The notes beneath the pieces are model-generated. The model searched no databases, was not told the DNA's origin, and saw only the letters and a program-made list of their open reading frames with translations. Both the position numbers and the translations under genes were made by a program. DNA of 64,000 bases, from assembly GCA_001794055.1 (NCBI GenBank), contig MGJB01000006.1:26168-90167 (forward strand), in the 5' to 3' direction. This DNA is from Candidatus Yanofskybacteria bacterium RIFCSPHIGHO2_01_FULL_41_26. GTDB taxonomy: Bacteria > Patescibacteriota > Minisyncoccia > 2-02-FULL-40-12 > GWA2-44-9. This document shows positions 47,325 to 55,640 of this stretch, piece after piece. Every line of letters starts with the position of its first letter. Within the stretch, counting starts at the first letter, position 1.

Positions 47325-48164
47325 CTATGTGACGGTCAATCCGCCGTCTATAATAATATTTTGACCGGTAATATAAGAGGATGAGTCTGACGCCAAAAAA
47401 ATAATTGCGCCAGTCAAGTCGGTTGGATGCCCCATTCTTTTAAGTAAGATCTTTTTATAAAGCCGTTCCAAAACTGGATTCTTGGAAGTAATAGAATTAT
47501 AAGTTTTTCCTTCTAAATTAGGAATGGCCCCCGGAGAAACGGCATTGACTCTTACTTCTGGGCTTAAAAAAGAAGCGGAATATTTTGTAAATTGTAACAA
47601 ACCAGCTTTAGCCATACTGTACCCCGGCGGATTAAATTTATCAGTCCCCTCATAAAGGTCTGGGCCTGGAACAACTACTCCGTACATTGAACAAACATTA
47701 ATTATGGAACCAGCACCCCTCTTTTTCATTGGATAGCCTAATATTTGAGTAGCATGAATCGCCCAATATATCCCCGATTCAAAAGATGCCTTAAGCTGAT
47801 CATGGGTCGCATTCTCAAGCTTGCCGCTTGGATCATTAAAACCAGTTTTCAAACTGAAGTCGAAAGCATTATTAATCAGAACATCAATTTTTTTGACTTT
47901 TTTTAATATTTTTTTATACGATGTTTCGGTATTTTTATGGTCATACAAGTCAACCTCGCACCAATCTAGTTTACTTTTTCCGTATTTTTTCCCTAATTCT
48001 TTTTTAAAATCTAAACCTGTGCCAGGCCTGTCTATAACTATTAATCTGTCGGCTCCTTGGTCTAATACTGCCTTAGAAAAATATTTGCCAAAAAAGCCGG
48101 CGCCGCCAGTTAATAAAACCGTTTTCCCTTTTAAGCTAAACGGGGCAAGTTTATTTTTTTTCAT
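47325..48164 (-). CDS. SDR oxidoreductase (PtmA-like, typical of nonulosonate clusters)
   Basis: TGGAGFFG, NNA, SMYG..P, YSMAK, RVNAVSPG, IDGG. Confidence 0.85.
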   Translation of the reverse strand: MKKNKLAPFSLKGKTVLLTGGAGFFGKYFSKAVLDQGADRLIVIDRPGTGLDFKKELGKKYGKSKLDWCEVDLYDHKNTETSYKKILKKVKKIDVLINNAFDFSLKTGFNDPSGKLENATHDQLKASFESGIYWAIHATQILGYPMKKRGAGSIINVCSMYGVVVPGPDLYEGTDKFNPPGYSMAKAGLLQFTKYSASFLSPEVRVNAVSPGAIPNLEGKTYNSITSKNPVLERLYKKILLKRMGHPTDLTGAIIFLASDSSSYITGQNIIIDGGLTVT

Positions 48165-48684
48165 ATTTGTTATAAATATTTTCGTAATCCTCCCCTCTTG
48201 TTTTCATAATAACATCACACACTTCTCTTACCGCATGATCTCCACCCCTCTTTGTCGTTACATAATCAGCAATTTTTTTGCATTGTTCTGCGCCATCAGC
48301 AACGGTAAGAGCCAAGCCGGCATCTTCTAAACAGTCAAGATCGTTCAGGTCATCTCCCATAAAAGCAGCCTCGCTGGCTTTAAGTTTTTCGCGCTTAATC
48401 AAATTCCTAAATATTGGTAGTTTTTCATTACCGACCAAACACTCAATTTTTAGCTTCTCGCAGCGTTTCATTACAATAGGATTAGGCTCCATAGAGATCA
48501 CTGCTAGCTTGATACCAATCCTTTTTAATTGATTAGTTCCCAAACTATCTCGCCGGCTGCAAATAATACTCTCTCGACCATCTTGGTCAATTATAACTTT
48601 CGCATCAGTAAAAATACCATCAAAATCGAAGGCCATAAGTTTTATATTTTTTATTTTTTTAGCAAGTTCGGCTGAAATTTTCAC
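48151..48684 (-). CDS. kdsC: KdsC-family HAD phosphatase 1
   Basis: FDFDGIFTD, MGDDLND, GGDHAVRE; TAGACA-17-TACTTT-6 nt-GTG (leaderless). Confidence 0.85.
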   Translation of the reverse strand: MKISAELAKKIKNIKLMAFDFDGIFTDAKVIIDQDGRESIICSRRDSLGTNQLKRIGIKLAVISMEPNPIVMKRCEKLKIECLVGNEKLPIFRNLIKREKLKASEAAFMGDDLNDLDCLEDAGLALTVADGAEQCKKIADYVTTKRGGDHAVREVCDVIMKTRGEDYENIYNKYEKK

Positions 48685-48722
48685 GTAATTAAAGTAGCAT
48701 AATAATCGGTTTCTGTCTACAT

Positions 48723-48752
48723 AAAAAAGCGCCAACAAATTAAGCCGACGCT
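48723..48752 (-). terminator. Intrinsic terminator after PQ-loop gene
   Basis: AGCGTCGGC-TTAATTT-GTTGGCGCT followed by TTTTT. Confidence 0.7.
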
Positions 48753-49362
48753 ATATATTATCCCTATACTTAAAATAAAGAAATACTATCGAAACTAAAA
48801 TTAGGGTATTCATGGAGGAGATTATTTTAAGCGGCAAATTGCCAAAGGCAAAGTAAAAAGTCACCCAGAAAAATGCCCCCACTAGATAAGCCAGGAAAAG
48901 CTTGATATCCAGAACACTGACATTCTTCTCTTTGTATATCTCCAGCGGTTGCATTGCAAAAGGTATCATACGAAGAAAAGCCAGAGCCATAAAAAAACCC
49001 GTCTTGGCTGGAATTAACACCAGTACGGGCGTCATCAGAAAAAATATCGGAATTAACAATTTCTCAATCCTACTGAAACCCTTAAATTTATATAAGCCCA
49101 CAAGTATTGGCACATGCATTGCAGTCAACAAAACACTCGTAATTGGCATGATTATGCTTCCTATAAAATATCCGTAGACACCGTTTAATAAAAAGAATGC
49201 TGGTGTTGAAGAAAATTTTAGTATGGAAACAGATTGGCCAGATTTATTTGACCAGATCAGTTTATTTTGAGACCACAATCCGCATGCTTGCCACAAGGTA
49301 AAAATTAGGGTCGCTATAGAACTTAAGGTAAGAATATTCCAGCCTAAATTTTCCAGTTCCAT
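48751..49362 (-). CDS. PQ-loop/SWEET-like transporter with two internal repeats
   Basis: Highly hydrophobic; repeats QNKLIWSNKSGQSVS and QPLEIYKEKNVSVLD. Confidence 0.6.
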   Translation of the reverse strand: MELENLGWNILTLSSIATLIFTLWQACGLWSQNKLIWSNKSGQSVSILKFSSTPAFFLLNGVYGYFIGSIIMPITSVLLTAMHVPILVGLYKFKGFSRIEKLLIPIFFLMTPVLVLIPAKTGFFMALAFLRMIPFAMQPLEIYKEKNVSVLDIKLFLAYLVGAFFWVTFYFAFGNLPLKIISSMNTLILVSIVFLYFKYRDNI

Positions 49363-49364
49363 TT

Positions 49365-50102
49365 CTATAGTTTCCTCGCCTGCTCTAGGATCTTGACTGA
49401 TTCGATCTTGCGCTTTTCAGTTTCTCCCTCACTAAGCATGTTTCCGTCCAAGAACGAGAGTACCTCGGTCCGTTGTCGCGCTAATCCAACTGGCGACTCG
49501 TCAGAAGTATTAAGATATAGAGGGACATATCCAATTGGCGGAACCTCGATCTGCCTAGCTCCGCGTAAATAACCTTCGAAGTCAAAAACGCTGGCATTGG
49601 TAATATTTCCCACTGTTTCTATCTCTCTAAGACGATAATTAATTCTTCGCCTAACGGTTTCTAGGTCACAATAGAAATAAATGCATCGAAAATCTACTTC
49701 TACCGATAGTTCGGGCATCGACCAGCCGGCCTGTTCTGCTTCTTCTTTTTCAATAGATTGTAAATAAAAACTCGCGCTTTTGATCATTTCCACGAAAGGC
49801 CTCTGGTGCGCTTCCCGAGTCAGCATTACCATCTCCGTGAAAATGGCGAACGGTCTTTCAACAATCAATTTGGACTTTATTTCAAATCTAGTTGCCTCAT
49901 TCTTGAAAACATGACTGCTTTTTGTTATTTCAGTATCGCTCTTATCGCCCCATAGACGCTTGCGAATATCATCCATGGCTACCATTGAAGCTTCTTTATA
50001 CTCCGGTAAGCCCATTACCCAATTCCTGAAAAATGATTTTCCGCTGAAAACCAAGCCCGAGAAAACGGCAACAAGGATTCGACGCTGGTGGCTAACGACC
50101 AC
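49365..50102 (-). CDS. P-loop kinase (AAA_33/nucleotide kinase-like)
   Basis: Walker A GLVFSGKS, DDIR, lid-like RRI..R; GGAGG precedes GTG 50102. Confidence 0.65.
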   Translation of the reverse strand: MVVSHQRRILVAVFSGLVFSGKSFFRNWVMGLPEYKEASMVAMDDIRKRLWGDKSDTEITKSSHVFKNEATRFEIKSKLIVERPFAIFTEMVMLTREAHQRPFVEMIKSASFYLQSIEKEEAEQAGWSMPELSVEVDFRCIYFYCDLETVRRRINYRLREIETVGNITNASVFDFEGYLRGARQIEVPPIGYVPLYLNTSDESPVGLARQRTEVLSFLDGNMLSEGETEKRKIESVKILEQARKL

Positions 50103-50168
50103 TTGATCCTCCATTTAAGATTTTCAAAGAATTATCATGGTTATAACAATAATTATTTCGCTTGTCAA
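50103..50168 (-). promoter_or_regulatory. sigma70 promoter + boxA-like motif + SD (unit 13)
   Basis: TTGACA-17-TATAAC; ATTCTTTGAAAAT (50132-50120); GGAGG. Confidence 0.75.
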
Positions 50169-50215
50169 ATCATATTTCTTGTGTTATTTTTCTTGTGTTA
50201 ACTACTCCCCCAATT

Positions 50216-50737
50216 ATGAACTCGGCCAGCAAGAATCTGCTCAAAAAGTTAAAAAAACTTAAGCTCATAGCTTTTGATTTTGATGGTATCTTTACTGATG
50301 GCAAGGTTATTACTAACCAAGACGGAATTGAACGTATACTCTACAGTTCAAAAGATGACCAGGGTATTAAAAATCTAAAAAAACAAGGACTCAGATTGGT
50401 CGTAATTTCAAAAGAACCCAATTCAATAGTTGCCATAAAATGTAAAAAAACAGGCATTGAATATGCCCACAATATTTTGGATAAATTAAGTTTATTTAAA
50501 AAAATACTGCACAAGTATGGAATAAAACCCTCTGAAGCCGCTTTTATGGGAGATGACTTCAACGACTTAGAATGCATGAGATATGCTGGTGTTTCGTTTA
50601 CTGTTGTCGATGCTTATCCGGCTTGCCTTGACGTAGCTGACTATACGACCAAAAGCAGCGGTAACCATACTATAAGTGAAATAGTTGATCTGATTATTGG
50701 CGCCAAACAAAAAGCTCACAGTAAAGTGAGCTCATAA
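50216..50737 (+). CDS. kdsC: KdsC-family HAD phosphatase 2
   Basis: FDFDGIFTDG, MGDDFND; close paralog of 48151..48684. Confidence 0.82.
   Translation: MNSASKNLLKKLKKLKLIAFDFDGIFTDGKVITNQDGIERILYSSKDDQGIKNLKKQGLRLVVISKEPNSIVAIKCKKTGIEYAHNILDKLSLFKKILHKYGIKPSEAAFMGDDFNDLECMRYAGVSFTVVDAYPACLDVADYTTKSSGNHTISEIVDLIIGAKQKAHSKVSS
50709..50732 (-). terminator. Intrinsic terminator for KdsC-like 3 (within 3' end of opposite gene)
   Basis: AGCTCAC-TTTACT-GTGAGCT followed by TTTT on minus strand. Confidence 0.65.
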
Positions 50738-50743
50738 TAGACC

Positions 50744-51292
50744 TTAGCGAAGGCTCTTGGCCTCAAGTATTAAGTCGCAGACCTCCCTAACGGCCCGATC
50801 ACCGCCATCTCGCTTTGTAATATGCAGAGAAACTAATTTTGCTTCTGGTAAGGCATCGGCAACCGTAGCAGGAAAGCCAACTGCCCTAAGAACAGGCAGA
50901 TCGCTTATATCATCTCCCATATAACAAACCTCATCGAGACTTATGTCCGGATGTTTTTCATTTAGCCAACTTTGCAGCCCTGCAAGTTTATCACTTACCT
51001 TTACACAGGGAATACCTAGTTTGAAACAACGGGCATCTACATATCCGCTGCGCTGTTTGGTAACAACAACGACATGAATGCCGGCTTCTTTCATTAAATC
51101 AATTCCCTGACCGTCCCGATGGTTAAATCTTGCAATCTCAATTACATGCTGAAACTTACGGTCATTATGCTTCATCGCATGTTCAAGATCCATAATTACT
51201 CCGGTGTCTAAATGAAGCGGGGCCATAATACCATCGCAATCAAGAGCAAGAACTTTTATGTTTCGGAGTTTATCGAGTAATTTTTTGTCCAT
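50744..51292 (-). CDS. KdsC-family HAD phosphatase 3 (divergent)
   Basis: LDCDG, RDGQGI, MGDDISD, GGDRAVREVCD; SD AAGGAG. Confidence 0.8.
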   Translation of the reverse strand: MDKKLLDKLRNIKVLALDCDGIMAPLHLDTGVIMDLEHAMKHNDRKFQHVIEIARFNHRDGQGIDLMKEAGIHVVVVTKQRSGYVDARCFKLGIPCVKVSDKLAGLQSWLNEKHPDISLDEVCYMGDDISDLPVLRAVGFPATVADALPEAKLVSLHITKRDGGDRAVREVCDLILEAKSLR

Positions 51293-51366
51293 GCATGACT
51301 CCTTCAATTAATTTGGTAAGGTTCAATTTATCCGCAAGATATATCACTAATATTGTGTTTAGTCAA
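51293..51366 (-). promoter_or_regulatory. sigma70 promoter + degenerate boxA-like motif + SD (unit 14)
   Basis: TTGACT-17-TATATC; GAACCTTACCAAATT (51324-51310); AAGGAG. Confidence 0.55.
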
Positions 51367-51419
51367 CTTTGTGATAGTATGTCCGTAAGCACATTTAAAA
51401 ATATGAGGGAGGACTAGTA
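51353..51419 (+). promoter_or_regulatory. Extended -10 promoter + boxA-like motif + SD (unit 15)
   Basis: TGaTAGTAT (51372-51380); GCACATTTAAAAAT (51389); GGAGG. Confidence 0.65.
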
Positions 51420-53144
51420 GTGTCAAAAATAATAACCCTGACTAAGGCCGACAAAAACGGAGATCCGTGCAACACTGTCCACCCAGCCGACATTATCAAA
51501 GACATAAAACCTAAAGACATTGAAGGAGTAAATTTACTTTTTATCAACATGCCTCTTCGGGAAACGGCCGTTCCCAACACTACCCCTGAAGGACCACTAT
51601 TGATGGCGACTAACCTTAGAGACAATTACGGCGTCAACGCTACGATAGTAGACCTCAACGCTTACAGAATAAAAGATGAGACTGCAAACCAAAGAAACTT
51701 GCCCAACGGTAGGCACAAGACCCAGCAAGAGGCTTGTGACTTAATTGAAAAACACACCAAAATCCATGGGGAACCTGATGTTGTAGCTTTGTCGGGAATG
51801 ATCACAACTTTGAGCTGGCAAGAGACCATCTCTCAATTCATAAGACGGTCATTACCAAATTCTTTCCTTGTCTCCGGCGGCGGATTAGCAACTGATCTGA
51901 AAACGGGTCTTTTTAATTACATCCCTGAACTTGATGCCATAGCCCATTCGGAAGGTGACGATGTAATAGTAAAAATTTGCCACGACGCAAAGATTATAAG
52001 ACAAAATGGATTTAACAGCGCTTTAAATTCCAGAAAACTTGATCCGTATTATCTTGGACATATTAATAATCGACACCGTCTGATGTACGCCGGCTACAGA
52101 CCTCGCAGTCTAGATGCTATTCCCTTTGCAGATTTGGAATTCCTGCGGGAAGATGTTAATGGATTCAGAGTGCTTGATTATTATTTGGGCAACGCCGTTT
52201 GGGGCATGTCTGCCAATAACAGTTCGGCAGCGCCATTTACAATGACTATAAGCACGACATCGGTCTCCAGCCGAGGATGTCCGTTTGCCTGTAATTATTG
52301 CGACAGACAAGCTCAGGGCGAGAGAAATTGGGGTATTAGGTCAGCAGAACATATTTACGCAGAAATGATCCATCATTTTATGAAATACCATATTGATTTT
52401 AAAGGTTTTCCGGACGATAACTTCGCTGTCGCAATTCCCAGGATCGAAGAACTTGTACCACTACTCGGGCCTTTGGGGATATCATGGGGAACTCACACGA
52501 GAATGGATGAAGGGGCAGATCCTCGAAGAATCAAGCCCATGGCTCAAGCAGGATGTATTTATATTGGCTTTGGACCCGAGAGTGCAAACGCCAAAGACTT
52601 GGTAGCGATTAATAAGGGCGGTCACACACTTTCGAATGGATTCGAAGAGTGTAAAGTGTTTGGCAAAACATATAACTTTCCTAAATCCATGACGATTGCA
52701 ACAAGAAACTGCCTGGAATTTGGAATTCATGCAAACTGTACCTACATTATGGGAATTCCCGGACAAACATTAGAAAGTTTAAAAGATACGGTGGGTTTTA
52801 TGGCGTGGCAAGAAGAAGAGTATGCAAAATATGGGATCCCGGCTGAAGCAGTAAACAAGCGAATGTTTACCTTAACAGCTTATCCCACAGAACTGATGAA
52901 AGTACCTATAGTACAAGATAAATTACGCAAGGTTTTCGGAATCAATTTTGATCCTGAAACTCATATGCCAATTTGCGACGATAATTTTCATAAATACTGT
53001 CGAGAATTAGATGACGCAACAAAGATAATGCATGATCCGCTAACCGGTGAGCCGTTAAATTACAGTGATATTCCCATAGATCAATTTCTTCAGGCTAGGG
53101 AACATATCGACTCCGGCCAGACATTAAAGATATTGGATATGTAA
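51420..53144 (+). CDS. Cobalamin-binding radical SAM protein 5
   Basis: LLFINMP, VDLN, SGGG, SEGD, SRGCPFACNYC, DDNF, GPES, MGIPG. Confidence 0.87.
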   Translation: MSKIITLTKADKNGDPCNTVHPADIIKDIKPKDIEGVNLLFINMPLRETAVPNTTPEGPLLMATNLRDNYGVNATIVDLNAYRIKDETANQRNLPNGRHKTQQEACDLIEKHTKIHGEPDVVALSGMITTLSWQETISQFIRRSLPNSFLVSGGGLATDLKTGLFNYIPELDAIAHSEGDDVIVKICHDAKIIRQNGFNSALNSRKLDPYYLGHINNRHRLMYAGYRPRSLDAIPFADLEFLREDVNGFRVLDYYLGNAVWGMSANNSSAAPFTMTISTTSVSSRGCPFACNYCDRQAQGERNWGIRSAEHIYAEMIHHFMKYHIDFKGFPDDNFAVAIPRIEELVPLLGPLGISWGTHTRMDEGADPRRIKPMAQAGCIYIGFGPESANAKDLVAINKGGHTLSNGFEECKVFGKTYNFPKSMTIATRNCLEFGIHANCTYIMGIPGQTLESLKDTVGFMAWQEEEYAKYGIPAEAVNKRMFTLTAYPTELMKVPIVQDKLRKVFGINFDPETHMPICDDNFHKYCRELDDATKIMHDPLTGEPLNYSDIPIDQFLQAREHIDSGQTLKILDM

Positions 53145-53168
53145 CCGATTCGAAAGAATCGGTTTTTT
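53143..53168 (+). terminator. Intrinsic terminator after radical SAM 5
   Basis: AACCGATTC-GAAA-GAATCGGTT followed by TTTT. Confidence 0.88.
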
Positions 53169-53208
53169 GTGTATTGAAAAAAACGGGATTTACTGTATTA
53201 TTACAAGA

Positions 53209-53931
53209 ATGAAAATTATAGGCATAATCCCCGCCCGGGGAGGTTCAGAAAGAGTTCCTAATAAAAATTTAAAAAACTTCTGCGGAAAACCGCTAGTTGC
53301 CTGGACAATTTTAGGCGCCAAAAAATCCAAACATTTGGACAGGGTAATTGTTTCAACCGACAGTCCAGCAATCGCTAAAATAGCTAAAAAACATGGAGCC
53401 GAAGCGCCGTTTCTAAGGCCTGCAGAATTTGCCACATCAACTATTGGTGTTGAACCGACTCTCAAACATACCTATGAGTGGCTACTGAAAAACGAGGCCT
53501 ACAAAACTGATGCTTTAGTGCTTTTGATGCCTACCAGTCCCCTGCGCCAAACATTTCATATAGATGACGCAATTGAAATTTTCAAAAATAAAAAAGCTGA
53601 CTCGGTTGTTGGGGTTAACGAGACTCCGGCTAACCACACTCCTTACTGGACATTAATTAGATCGCGCAAAGGCAAGGTTGTTCTCTGGGGAGGAATACCG
53701 CTAAAAAATATAATCACCCGCCGGCAGGACTTCCCACAGAAATGTTACGCAAGAAACGACCTTGTTTATGTATTAAAACCTAAAAACCTTTTTGAAAAAA
53801 AGCCCAATCTTTACGGCAAAAAAGTTGAACTTTATATAACCGCTGATCCGGTACTTTATGAAGCTGACATAAACACGCCAGATGAGTGGGAAGACGCAGA
53901 AATAAAATTCAAAAGATTACAAAAAAAATAA
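53209..53931 (+). CDS. neuA: CMP-nonulosonate synthetase 2
   Basis: IPARGGSERVPNKN, VSTD, PTSPLR, DINT; TTGAAA-16-TATTAT-7 nt-ATG. Confidence 0.88.
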   Translation: MKIIGIIPARGGSERVPNKNLKNFCGKPLVAWTILGAKKSKHLDRVIVSTDSPAIAKIAKKHGAEAPFLRPAEFATSTIGVEPTLKHTYEWLLKNEAYKTDALVLLMPTSPLRQTFHIDDAIEIFKNKKADSVVGVNETPANHTPYWTLIRSRKGKVVLWGGIPLKNIITRRQDFPQKCYARNDLVYVLKPKNLFEKKPNLYGKKVELYITADPVLYEADINTPDEWEDAEIKFKRLQKK

Positions 53932-53941
53932 ATAAACAATC

Positions 53942-54631
53942 ATGAATCCAAATTTTTCTATTGTAATACCGGCCCATAACGAGGCGGAAAACCTGAAGAT
54001 ATTACTGCCAAACCTGATAAAATCCCTTGGCCCCTTGGGTCCCATGTGGGAAATTGTGATGATAGACAACGCCTCAACCGATGACACGATAAAAGTTATA
54101 ACCAGTTTTTCTGAATACGGCAGAGCCATAAAAATTGTTCAAGAACCGACTCTTGGTTATGGACGAGCCGTATTGAAAGGGCTCCAAGAATCATCGGGAA
54201 ACATAGTCGGAATAATAAGAGCCGACAATCAAGAAAAACCGGAAGATTTAGTCTCAATGTTCCGGTTATTTGTTCAAAATAAATGGGATTTCGGTAAAGC
54301 AATAAGAAAATCGAGAAAAGATGATGGATTAAAAAGAATGTTAATAAGCTTATTTTTTAATACCAGCTTCAGAATTCTTTTCGGCTTAAAAGTAAAAGAC
54401 ATAAATGCTACGCCGAAAATATTCACAAGAAAATTGATGAATGAGTTGAAACTAGAATCAAAGGACTGGTTTATTGACGCTGAAATCGTCATCAAAGCGG
54501 TACGAGCCGAAGCTAAAATAGGAGAGGTTGAAATTGAATACTTGCCCAGATTAAAGGGTAAGTCTTCGGTAAGATTCAGGCACATAATACAATTTATAAA
54601 AAATATGCTAATATGGCGTTTGTTGAAATAA
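53942..54631 (+). CDS. Glycosyltransferase family 2 (DPM-like)
   Basis: IVIPAHNE, DNASTDDT, GYG, RAD, WFID.E. Confidence 0.85.
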   Translation: MNPNFSIVIPAHNEAENLKILLPNLIKSLGPLGPMWEIVMIDNASTDDTIKVITSFSEYGRAIKIVQEPTLGYGRAVLKGLQESSGNIVGIIRADNQEKPEDLVSMFRLFVQNKWDFGKAIRKSRKDDGLKRMLISLFFNTSFRILFGLKVKDINATPKIFTRKLMNELKLESKDWFIDAEIVIKAVRAEAKIGEVEIEYLPRLKGKSSVRFRHIIQFIKNMLIWRLLK

Positions 54632-54650
54632 CTTGGGAATAATTATTAAG

Positions 54651-55640
54651 ATGGTAAACTGGAAAAAAACTAAAGTATTTGTAACTGGATCGAACGGTTT
54701 TTTGGGCAGTCATTTGGTAAAAAAGCTGATCGGTCTTGGGGCAAATCCATTATTGCTAATATACAAAGACCACCCCGGATCTATTTTTAATCAAGAAAAA
54801 CTTGATAAAAAAACTCAGATAATCAAGGGTGACGTCAGGGATCTTGTGCTTATCAAGCATATTCTCAATAAAAACAAGATAGATATAATTTTTCATCTAG
54901 CAGCTCAGCCGATAGTTGATCAAGCCCTCGATGATCCTATTGAAACATTTCAAACAAATATCCACGGAACCGTAAACATTCTCCAAGCTACATTAGTCAA
55001 CCGCGGGGTCAAAAAAATAATCGTTGCATCGTCGGATAAAGCTTACGGCCACAACGACAAACTACCTTACCGAGAAGATACTTCTCCTCTTCGCGGCATT
55101 TATCCTTACGAGGTTTCAAAAACATGCGCTGACCTTATCGCCCAAAGCTATCATAAAACTTTCGGCTTGCCTGTATGTATAACAAGGGCTTCTAATTTAT
55201 ACGGCCCCGGAGACCTTCATTTTAACAGAATAGTGCCAATGACCATTAAACAACTCCACGCTGGTCTTCCTCCCACAATAAGAGACCGGTCAGATTCAGT
55301 CAGGGACTATTTATATATAGAAGACGCCGCAGACGCATACATTAAGCTTGCCGAGAAGATGAATAAATCAATTTTCGGCCATGCTTTCAATTTCTCAACC
55401 AATAAACAGCTCTCTGCGGAAAAAGTCATATGCACCATCTCAAAAGCCATGAATAAGACAGAAATAGAGCCCATCACAATAAAAACGAGAGGTTGTGAAA
55501 TATATAAACAATATGCCTCATTCGATAAGGCCTTGAGGATAATGGGCTGGAAACCAAAACATTCTTTTAAAGAAGGTGCGGCGAAAACAATTCCATGGTA
55601 TGTCGATCATCTCAATAATAAAAAAAATCAAAATATTTGA
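54651..55640 (+). CDS. rfbG: CDP-glucose 4,6-dehydratase-like
   Basis: TGSNGFLG, HLAAQPIV, SSDKAY, YEVSK, N.YGPGD. Confidence 0.75.
   Translation: MVNWKKTKVFVTGSNGFLGSHLVKKLIGLGANPLLLIYKDHPGSIFNQEKLDKKTQIIKGDVRDLVLIKHILNKNKIDIIFHLAAQPIVDQALDDPIETFQTNIHGTVNILQATLVNRGVKKIIVASSDKAYGHNDKLPYREDTSPLRGIYPYEVSKTCADLIAQSYHKTFGLPVCITRASNLYGPGDLHFNRIVPMTIKQLHAGLPPTIRDRSDSVRDYLYIEDAADAYIKLAEKMNKSIFGHAFNFSTNKQLSAEKVICTISKAMNKTEIEPITIKTRGCEIYKQYASFDKALRIMGWKPKHSFKEGAAKTIPWYVDHLNNKKNQNI

Noticed and set aside
25121-53168. Intergenic hairpins read as integron attC sites (cassette array)
   Set aside because: They are short unrelated stems with T-tracts, lack RYYYAAC/GTTRRRY ends, genes lie on both strands and no integrase is seen; they fit intrinsic terminators.
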